Source: an uncultured Chitinophagaceae bacterium (GTDB lineage Bacteria; Bacteroidota; Ignavibacteria; UBA10030; UBA8401). From it: a stretch of 64,000 nucleotides of DNA. The position numbers and the translations under genes were made by a program. The notes beneath the pieces are model-generated. The model was not told where the DNA came from and did no database searches. It saw only the letters and a list, made by a program, of their open reading frames with translations. The stretch is from contig CAYHFN010000010.1 in NCBI GenBank assembly GCA_964355925.1, positions 19,187-83,186 of the forward strand. The letters run 5' to 3'. Shown in pieces: positions 45,902 to 53,492 of this stretch. Positions within the stretch are counted from its first letter, which is position 1. The number at the start of each line of letters is the position of its first letter.

Positions 45902-48610
45902 TTACTTTAAGAACATCATCTTTTTTACTGCGGTGAATGAACCGGATTCAATCTTGTAGATGTACATACCGCTTGCTAAACGTGTTGCATTTAGCTGAAT
46001 TGTATGAGCACCTGCATCTTGAACAGTGTTCACCAGTGTAGCAACTTCACGACCAAGAATATCATATACTTTCAATGATACTAGTCCGGATTTTGCTAAA
46101 CGATAGTTGATCGATGTTGTCGGATTGAAAGGATTCGGATAGTTCTGCGACAATTCATATGAATTGAGAACTCCTGCATCTTCTTTTACGCCAACGGTCG
46201 AAAGATTACCAATCCATGTATGGGTCCAGCGATATTGATGTTCCCATGAATTATCGTCATTCATAGATGAATAGCATAAGATAGCATCACGATCCGTTTT
46301 ACTATCGCGATCATTGATAGAGAAGTCGATCGGAATGCGCATTCCTTCTCTTGGTGATGTAAAGAGACTATCTCCTGATCCTACTTCTTTAAATCGTGTC
46401 CACGGAATCATTGCTTCAACAATATATCCCGCTCCTAGTGCTTTCTTTTTCCATGAATAATTTGCTCCGGGGAACATTACATCTTTTCCACCGTTATCAA
46501 GGAAAATTTTGTTCGAGTTGAATCGAAGATGATAATCCGGGGTTTTTCCATGAGCATAACCGCCATGTTTCTTTCCTCTCCAGTCATAAAGACCGATGAA
46601 AAGATCCGGCGAATCTTGCTGGTAACTGGTTCCTGCTGTATCAACAGAAACGGTATCATCAACAACATCAAATGCCACGTAGAGATTGTTGGCATCAATT
46701 GCAAGATATGCTTTTACGGAAATGTCGAGACTGTCATTCATTTTTCCGTTTGGAGCCATGTGTGCTGTTGGTGTTGCACGGAAAGCATTCAAAACAATTG
46801 GAGAAATAGTTGTCCATTCTCCTGCTGCCAATGCACCGTCTGCTTTAAAGCCAACAGGTGCAGTCTTTGAAATTGTCGGAACACCTTTCGCTTTATTGGT
46901 ATATGGACCGGCAACTGCAACTTTGTTTTTGTTTCCGGAAGCATCTGTTGCCGTTACACCATAATAATAAGTAACATTTTGGTCAGTAACAGGTGCGCGT
47001 AATACGTGTGTTGCGAACTGCGTGCCAAGCGGTAAACCGTAAGGCGGCAGATCTTCAACGATGGAAGAATCCGCATTCGTAAATGTTTTTTCACTCATAT
47101 ACACATCGTATTTTGAAGCTGGTTCATTTGGAACATCTGACCATGTGATCAAGTTAGCAAATGTACCCGGTGTCGCAAGAATTCCGGTAACAGCTAGCGG
47201 AGGTGTTTTATCCGTGCTTCTGAAACCAGACGGAATAATAGAACTTAAAAGAACTTTACCCGAGTGAACAAGAGTAGGCCCATTGGGTTCGCCTGCATCT
47301 TTACTTGCGGAAAATTCGATCTTGATCTGTTTGATCTTGTCAAGATTCATAACACCATCGGAACCATTCACTGCATAGAACCCTGCGTACGGTTTCCCTG
47401 CAAATTCACCCCAACTGCCTGATAGCCCGTTAAGTGGCATTGATACCATCTGCCAGCCTAGCGTTTTACCAATAGAGTCAAGTCTTACATTGGCGCGCGT
47501 AAACCATTCATCTCCGGCTGCTGGCGTAGCTCCCAACACACCTTCACGAAGTACAAATCTGAGAGACATAACATTTTCAACTTTACCTGATGATGATACA
47601 AGCGGATCAACAACTTTTACCCACATATTGATATGGGTATTTCCTGATAGATCCGGTACGATCGATCCGGCAGGTAAATCATATACCATATTTGCAAATC
47701 CTCCCCAACCTTCTGATATGTTGACTTTATATGCAACACTTAATGCCGAAGGAGAAATAAGCGTATCAGCTGTTTCTTTTGCAAATGCAATTCCGCCGAG
47801 AGCTCCCCAGAATCCAGTTTTGTAGTTTGTTGTGTCTTGTGTAAAGTCATTGAATTTATAAATTGGCTGGTATGCATAATCCAACAATTGCATTTTATCC
47901 CAAACAATTTCTCCGCTGGCTGTTGAATCTCCGCCAAGTGGATTGGTTGTCCATTCAAATGTGTAACCAATAATTTTGTCAAGACTCAATTTACCATCGT
48001 TTTGTGTTCCGCTCCATCCGGGAAGGTTAAAACCAAGATCACTTGGTCCGCCTGGTCCGAGATCTTTCAACGGAACGATCAATTGTTTCCATCCTGGTGT
48101 TTGATCGAACACATTGGCAGATTGGAAATACCAATCTTCAACATCGGAGACACCACCGCCCCAATACGTGGAATTTCCACCGGCTTCATGCAATTTCAAA
48201 CGCATTTGAACTGCACCAACAGGAGCAGTAGATTTTGTTAAATTATTGAACCAAACGCTAATGAACTTTGCAGTTCCAAAATTCATATATGTGCTGTCTT
48301 TGTACAATGCACGATATTTTTTTGCATAGTACGAGCTATCTTTTGCACGCGGCATCTTGAATTCAAAGCCGTTGTTTCCGCCATAACCTTCTGTTGCGTG
48401 CAGTTTCCATGATGTTTTGTATGCTTTTGCTCCATGAACAGCATATGCTGTATCATATTGAAGTAAATATGCCTTCTTTGCGCTTGAGTTGAATGTAAGC
48501 GTCATCATGGTATCTTTTATAGTTGATTCAAAACTATTAAAGACCCACTGAGCGGAAAGCGGTAAAGCAAGAACCATGGAAGCTACGAGAAGTAGAATTT
48601 TCTTCTTCAT
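45902..48610 (-). CDS. Surface glycan-binding-type protein: tandem CBM-like beta-sandwich modules, Fn3, CBM9-like module and T9SS CTD
   Basis: 902-aa ORF with signal peptide MKKKILLLVASMVLALPLSAQ. Repeated modules carry E-G-(Y/W)-G-G motifs (HATEGYGGNNGFEF; NISEGWGGFANMVY). Fn3-like LITWSDVPNEPASKYDVYMSE...YYYGVTATDASGN. CBM9-like AYLAIDANNLYVAFDVVDD...DLFIGLYDW...YIVEAMIPW. CTD LSQNYPNPFNPTTSINYRL...KKMMFLK. No catalytic motif seen. Confidence 0.6.
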   Translation of the reverse strand: MKKKILLLVASMVLALPLSAQWVFNSFESTIKDTMMTLTFNSSAKKAYLLQYDTAYAVHGAKAYKTSWKLHATEGYGGNNGFEFKMPRAKDSSYYAKKYRALYKDSTYMNFGTAKFISVWFNNLTKSTAPVGAVQMRLKLHEAGGNSTYWGGGVSDVEDWYFQSANVFDQTPGWKQLIVPLKDLGPGGPSDLGFNLPGWSGTQNDGKLSLDKIIGYTFEWTTNPLGGDSTASGEIVWDKMQLLDYAYQPIYKFNDFTQDTTNYKTGFWGALGGIAFAKETADTLISPSALSVAYKVNISEGWGGFANMVYDLPAGSIVPDLSGNTHINMWVKVVDPLVSSSGKVENVMSLRFVLREGVLGATPAAGDEWFTRANVRLDSIGKTLGWQMVSMPLNGLSGSWGEFAGKPYAGFYAVNGSDGVMNLDKIKQIKIEFSASKDAGEPNGPTLVHSGKVLLSSIIPSGFRSTDKTPPLAVTGILATPGTFANLITWSDVPNEPASKYDVYMSEKTFTNADSSIVEDLPPYGLPLGTQFATHVLRAPVTDQNVTYYYGVTATDASGNKNKVAVAGPYTNKAKGVPTISKTAPVGFKADGALAAGEWTTISPIVLNAFRATPTAHMAPNGKMNDSLDISVKAYLAIDANNLYVAFDVVDDTVSVDTAGTSYQQDSPDLFIGLYDWRGKKHGGYAHGKTPDYHLRFNSNKIFLDNGGKDVMFPGANYSWKKKALGAGYIVEAMIPWTRFKEVGSGDSLFTSPREGMRIPIDFSINDRDSKTDRDAILCYSSMNDDNSWEHQYRWTHTWIGNLSTVGVKEDAGVLNSYELSQNYPNPFNPTTSINYRLAKSGLVSLKVYDILGREVATLVNTVQDAGAHTIQLNATRLASGMYIYKIESGSFTAVKKMMFLK

Positions 48611-48677
48611 ATATTTCCCTTTGTATATTGTGAATTGATTGGTGGATTAGTGGATTGTATTGCAAAACTGTACATTG

Positions 48678-50090
48678 TTATACTGCTACCGATCTTTTTG
48701 AAAACTTCCGTTCCATAATTATGGAAATTCCGATCGATAAAACTATCGATAAAAAAAATATGGCGGTTGCTGCCCCATACGGAGTTGTCATAAAAGGTGA
48801 AAGAATATCCGCTCCACTGTACGTCAACAGTGTAATGATACTCCCTGCCGACATTCCCCCGACAACGCCGAATGTGATTCCGCTTTTAAAAATATTATTC
48901 GTGAAAATATAAACGGTGAACGCACCTACGATCGAGGCTGCTAACCATGAAAGATATTGTACATAAACCAACAATGTTATCGCTCCAAATAATTGAGCAA
49001 AAGGAATATAAAGAATTGTGAGAAGTGCAGAAAGCACAATGACAAGCCGAGCAACAAGTACATGTTTTTCGTCAACGCTCTGCTGAACCTGATCATGAAA
49101 GAACTGCACGACAACTATTGTTGCAATGTTTTGAAATGAATGTGAAAAAGCTGAAACCATCACCGAAACAACTCCCAGCACAAAAAAGAATGCCAGCAAT
49201 TCATTGTTCACCAGCATTGTTGCTGCTGCTGCTGATTCTAACGGAATTGTTTCGCCGAAACTTTTCGTCGGAAAGACAACAAGCGCGATCACGATCAAAG
49301 AAAATGAAGCGAACATTGCACCATTGGAATTTCGCTGTTCGTTTTGTTTCCCCTGAAGATGAAACGCGCTGTTATCGATCCACCACATCCACCATGTGAT
49401 AATTGAGAATCCGATAAACCCTATGATCCAATTCGTTTCAACAAAATTATTGTTTTGAAAATACTGAGCGCCTTCCGTAAAGAGCATTTGCAAGAACATC
49501 AACGGAGCCGAAACTGATCCTCCCAGAACCATTATGACCAGCATCGATGCAATAACTGCAACGCCAAACATTGCATTTGCGTAGACAACAACTTTTTTCC
49601 CTCCAATGAGTGTTGTTATACCTGCTACGCCAATTAAAAACACTAACAAAAAATGATACGAACCGCCAAAAAACTGAGCGATGATTTTTTCTCCAAGATA
49701 TAATAGAGCAAATGGTTGAATGATCACAAAAAAGATAATTGCAGCAAAAAATAGAAATATTTTCAAATTTGCCGAAAGCAATTCCATAAATCGATTAATA
49801 ATCTCAGATTTATTTTTGATAAAAAGAAGCGGTAGCAATACAGAAAAAATTAACGAAAGTATAATGAGTATTGTCGGAACAGAAAGTGATAAAATCGGCA
49901 GCAGTAAAATCCAAAACTGAAAGATTGAACCGGTAAACAGGGATAGGGCGGAAACGATCCAAATTGAATTTTTCCCGCCATTTAAAAAAATCGAATCTCC
50001 TTCTCCCGAATTACGTGAAAAATAAATGCTAACGGAAGCAACAATTCCGACAAATATATAGAGAAAGCTATTATAATGCGATATTTGCAT
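48678..50090 (-). CDS. Polytopic inner-membrane permease, distantly sodium:solute-symporter-like
   Basis: 470-aa ORF with about 12-13 hydrophobic helices. The N-terminus FSRNSGEGDSIFLNGGKNSIWIVSALSLFTGSI loosely resembles the SSF start (DYFLAGR.L.....G.SL.A...S). It is the first gene after the sigma54 promoter. Confidence 0.4.
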   Translation of the reverse strand: MQISHYNSFLYIFVGIVASVSIYFSRNSGEGDSIFLNGGKNSIWIVSALSLFTGSIFQFWILLLPILSLSVPTILIILSLIFSVLLPLLFIKNKSEIINRFMELLSANLKIFLFFAAIIFFVIIQPFALLYLGEKIIAQFFGGSYHFLLVFLIGVAGITTLIGGKKVVVYANAMFGVAVIASMLVIMVLGGSVSAPLMFLQMLFTEGAQYFQNNNFVETNWIIGFIGFSIITWWMWWIDNSAFHLQGKQNEQRNSNGAMFASFSLIVIALVVFPTKSFGETIPLESAAAATMLVNNELLAFFFVLGVVSVMVSAFSHSFQNIATIVVVQFFHDQVQQSVDEKHVLVARLVIVLSALLTILYIPFAQLFGAITLLVYVQYLSWLAASIVGAFTVYIFTNNIFKSGITFGVVGGMSAGSIITLLTYSGADILSPFMTTPYGAATAIFFLSIVLSIGISIIMERKFSKRSVAV

Positions 50091-50110
50091 AGTAAGGTTT
50101 TATATAACTG

Positions 50111-50126
50111 TGCACATAATATGCCA
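50111..50126 (-). promoter_or_regulatory. Sigma54 (-24/-12) promoter upstream of the permease gene
   Basis: The minus strand reads tt-TGGCAT-attat-GTGCA, against the consensus TGGCAC-N5-TTGCA. GG and GC are at the canonical 10-nt spacing, with 2 mismatches overall. The -12 element ends 21 nt upstream of the ATG at 50090. A sigma54-dependent activator is encoded immediately upstream. Confidence 0.7.
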
Positions 50127-50236
50127 AATAACTATGGCGTTTTTTTGAGAGAATAACGAAGAATCTGCTGGAAAAGGGATATACGGTTATTAAATTGATA
50201 ATTTACAACTTACTAAAATGATAACAGACCAGACAA

Positions 50237-50438
50237 GCTATGCTGTCAATTTAAGGAAACACTACGACTCAGTTTCGACAATTATGTCTCGGGATGGCAT
50301 TGCCACTGAGCGAATGGCGCCTTAGCGCCATGAGTCGAAGTCCCATTTTTTTGGGATTCCGTCAAAAATGGATTCGAAGATCGGAACATTATCGAAACGT
50401 TGCTCAGTGTGACTATCTATTAAACTGACAGCATTAGC
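50237..50438. repeat. About 200-nt imperfect long inverted repeat / structured element with a GC-rich central hairpin
   Basis: The left arm gctaTGCTGTCAaTTTAA (50237-50254) pairs with TTAAAcTGACAGCAttagc (50420-50438). Inner complementary segments are cactgagc (50304-50311) with gctcagtg (50402-50409), and gtttcga (50272-50278) with tcgaaac (50392-50398). The central hairpin is ATGGCGC-ctta-GCGCCAT (50314-50331), followed by TCCCA-T6-TGGGA. Confidence 0.6.
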
Positions 50439-50465
50439 ACAAGCAAGTATTACTAGAGACTTCTG

Positions 50466-50484
50466 AAAAAGTCATTGCAATGAC
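50466..50484 (-). terminator. Rho-independent terminator after the response-regulator gene
   Basis: The minus strand reads GTCATTGCAATGAC (a perfect 14-nt palindrome, 50484-50471) followed by TTTTTC. It starts 30 nt after the stop at 50514. Confidence 0.55.
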
Positions 50485-50513
50485 ATTGCTCAAGAGTTTT
50501 TCAAATGTCTCTA

Positions 50514-52013
50514 CTATTTAATTCCAAGCTCTTTACACATTCTATGGTAATTCGGAGGTGCAAGTCCAAGTTTTTTTGATGCTTCAGCATCGGATGATGA
50601 ACTGGATCGAATATATTCTATATAGCGCTGCCGTACAATTCGTTCTAGATCTCGCAAAATTAAGGGCTCCTGTAATTCGGAAAGATTGAGGATTCCTCCT
50701 CCTGAAGAAGATTGCTGTCCAACTTGTAATCCCACTGCTTTTTGCATTAACTCTTTTGTGATGATTTTTTCGTCCAAAAACAACAATCGCTGCATCACAT
50801 TTTTTAATTCACGAACATTTCCCTTCCACGGTGCAAACTGCAAAATGGACATTGCTTCCGGAACAATGATAGGTTTTACACGACCCATATCTGTACTGAA
50901 TTGCTGGAGAAAATATTCGGATAACATTGGAACATCGTCAGGTCGTTCATGAAGAGGAGGCGCAAAGACGGGAATGACATTCAATCGATAATAGAGGTCT
51001 TCGCGGAATCGTTTTTCTTCAACTTCTTTTTCCAGATTTTTATTGGTTGCGGCGATCAATCGAACATCCACTTTAATCGGTTCTCGTCTGCCGATCTTTT
51101 CCAATTCCCCTTCTTGAATAACGCGCAACAATTTCACCTGAGCATTCAACGGAAGTTCACCGATCTCATCAAGGAAAACCGTTCCATGATTTGCCAACTC
51201 AAACAACCCAAGTTTGGCGCTCGTTGCACCGGTAAACGAGCCTTTTTCATAACCAAATAATTCGCTTTCAATAAGTTCACTCGGAATACTTCCGCAATTG
51301 ATCGGCACAAAATTCTCCAATCGCCGTTTGCTTCTGTTATGAATGTTTACTGCTACCAGTTCTTTTCCAGTGCCCGATGATCCGGAGATGAGTACACTGG
51401 CATCGCTTTCCGCACATTTTTCAATTTGATGTCGTAATGTAATGATTGACGGAGAGTTCCCGATGATCGGTTTTTGCGAAAGAGTTTCTTCGATTGATCG
51501 AAGAATTTTTAAATTTGCCTTCGATTGTTTTTTTTCCAACACACGTTTTTGATACGCATTTATGATCGACAGAAGAAAATCCGTCGGCTGGTAGATATAT
51601 TCTTCTATATCACCGGGATATTTTGTGCAATACCAAAAAGCACCGGCCATCATTAAGCTGTTTGCAAAATCATAATCCGCAAGATTCATTGTCATTTTTG
51701 TAATGACGATGATCTGCAATGTTGGATCAATTTTTTTAATTTCCAGGATCAACTGCTCACCCATCAATCCACCGGCAATTTGAAAATCCATAATGACAAC
51801 ATCAAAAGCATCTTTCTCCGCAGCCAACGCATCGAGAGCAAGCCTGCCATTCGAGATCACCGTGCGAATATTGATCGTTTTCGAAAATGGCTTTATGGTA
51901 TTGCGCACTCTGCGTACATCATATTCTTCATCTTCAATCAATAATATGTTGATCATTTTTTCAGGGAACATAATTATACCATCATCGTTGGTATGCTGAA
52001 TGTAAACATACAT
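50514..52013 (-). CDS. Sigma54-dependent two-component response regulator (REC + AAA+ enhancer-binding domain + Fis-type HTH)
   Basis: 499-aa ORF. The more likely start is MFPEK at 51971, 2 nt after the kinase stop. REC domain INILLIEDEE...FDVVIMDFQ. Walker A GSSGTGKE. GAFTGA-loop variant EKGSFTGA. Walker B FLDEIGEL. C-terminal HTH EASKKLGLAPPNYHRMCKELGI. Confidence 0.9.
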   Translation of the reverse strand: MYVYIQHTNDDGIIMFPEKMINILLIEDEEYDVRRVRNTIKPFSKTINIRTVISNGRLALDALAAEKDAFDVVIMDFQIAGGLMGEQLILEIKKIDPTLQIIVITKMTMNLADYDFANSLMMAGAFWYCTKYPGDIEEYIYQPTDFLLSIINAYQKRVLEKKQSKANLKILRSIEETLSQKPIIGNSPSIITLRHQIEKCAESDASVLISGSSGTGKELVAVNIHNRSKRRLENFVPINCGSIPSELIESELFGYEKGSFTGATSAKLGLFELANHGTVFLDEIGELPLNAQVKLLRVIQEGELEKIGRREPIKVDVRLIAATNKNLEKEVEEKRFREDLYYRLNVIPVFAPPLHERPDDVPMLSEYFLQQFSTDMGRVKPIIVPEAMSILQFAPWKGNVRELKNVMQRLLFLDEKIITKELMQKAVGLQVGQQSSSGGGILNLSELQEPLILRDLERIVRQRYIEYIRSSSSSDAEASKKLGLAPPNYHRMCKELGIK

Positions 52014-53473
52014 CCACCGCCGGAAAGATTTTCCACATCAAGGTCCCATCCCAATCGCTGCCGGGTAATTTCATACGCAATATAACATCCGTATCCGGCA
52101 TGATGCTCGTTACCTACCCGCTTTGTCGATGTATGTTCTAAAAATATTCGTTTCATTCCGTCACTGTTCTTTTCCAATAACCACGGTTCAATGCCGGAAC
52201 CATTGTCCATAATTCGAACAAAACATTCTTCGGTTTGCACATTAAATTCTGTCTTGATCGTCACAATAACCGCATTATTTCCCGCATGATCGATACAGTT
52301 TTGTATGATCGGTTCAAACACTTCCCAAATCACATATTCATTTATATTCACAATCGGAAGCTTCTTATCGAAATCCAATGTATATCGTACCATTTCACTG
52401 GCAGATGATATACGTTGGAATACATTCTCCACCAGAAATGAAAGAACCTGATTGAGATCGGTCTTAAAGATCTGGCTGCGAATTGTTTGTACCGGAGGAT
52501 CGTACCATTTCATATCGTAAATGACACGCGCAATAAAATTTGCATATTTACTTATTCGATTTTTTATCAGTTCAATATTGCTCTCTGTCAGCACGCGCAT
52601 ATCTTCTTTGATAAATCCCATCACTTTTTCTGCTTTGTGATGCGTATGATAAATGCGTTTCGTGAACATGAGTTCGTTTTGAATGTTGATCTGTTCCGAT
52701 AGATGACGTTTTTGTTCTTCAAACAATAATTCCTGTGCCCGGTTTCGTTCTCGCAATGTGTAAGTGGAAATGAAGAACATTGCAAGCAATCCAAAAAATA
52801 TTAACGCAGTGTACGTTATCGCGGTTTCGTCATAGGTCGCGATCATTTCATTCGTAATAACAGTAAAATCCGGCTTGTTCTTCATATAGATTGCACCGGC
52901 AAACTCACCACGAGGAACGAACGGAACAAAAATATGGAATATCTGTTTATCGGCAACAATTGTTTGAATCCGTTCGCGGGAACGAAACTCTTCACGCATT
53001 GATGTATACATTGTTATGGCATCTGAATGATTCCATTGCGAAACAGGAATATTCTTCAATCCTCCGAATATGTATGAGTACAGCGCCTGCCCGTCATCAA
53101 TTGCAACGATCGATGAATCAATCTTCACCAAAAGACAAATCTCCTGAACATTTTGATGTAAATACTGCTGACTTAAAATAATATTCAAATTCCCGACGAT
53201 CTTATTGATCTCCGGCTGCGGCAGCGCTTGATTTTTTGTTTTTGCTTCTAGTAACAGCTCAAGCGATGTTGTGGTGAGATTTGCAAGCCGCTCAGCGGAA
53301 TCCTGTTGATACCATTCCTGTGTTCTGAAAAGAATTTTTTGCATCGATATTTTATGAACGAATGAAATCACCGTTTGGAAAACGATCAATACAAAAAATA
53401 AGACCGTCAAATGTCGAATTTCAAATCGATATTGCCGTGCACTCGACCATATTTTCTTAAAAGAGTTCGTCAT
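51974..53473 (-). CDS. Membrane sensor histidine kinase with periplasmic sensor domain and atypical DHp region
   Basis: 499-aa ORF. Two TM helices (LTVLFFVLIVFQTVISFV and ALIFFGLLAMFFISTY) bracket an extracytoplasmic domain of about 190 aa. HATPase_c blocks IIQNCIDHAG (N box), IMDNGSGIEP (G1) and GYGCYIAYEI (G2). The candidate phospho-His region is RIYHTHHKAEK, not a canonical HE..NPL box. Confidence 0.7.
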   Translation of the reverse strand: MTNSFKKIWSSARQYRFEIRHLTVLFFVLIVFQTVISFVHKISMQKILFRTQEWYQQDSAERLANLTTTSLELLLEAKTKNQALPQPEINKIVGNLNIILSQQYLHQNVQEICLLVKIDSSIVAIDDGQALYSYIFGGLKNIPVSQWNHSDAITMYTSMREEFRSRERIQTIVADKQIFHIFVPFVPRGEFAGAIYMKNKPDFTVITNEMIATYDETAITYTALIFFGLLAMFFISTYTLRERNRAQELLFEEQKRHLSEQINIQNELMFTKRIYHTHHKAEKVMGFIKEDMRVLTESNIELIKNRISKYANFIARVIYDMKWYDPPVQTIRSQIFKTDLNQVLSFLVENVFQRISSASEMVRYTLDFDKKLPIVNINEYVIWEVFEPIIQNCIDHAGNNAVIVTIKTEFNVQTEECFVRIMDNGSGIEPWLLEKNSDGMKRIFLEHTSTKRVGNEHHAGYGCYIAYEITRQRLGWDLDVENLSGGGCMFTFSIPTMMV

Positions 53474-53492
53474 ACTATATCTTCTAATGAAA

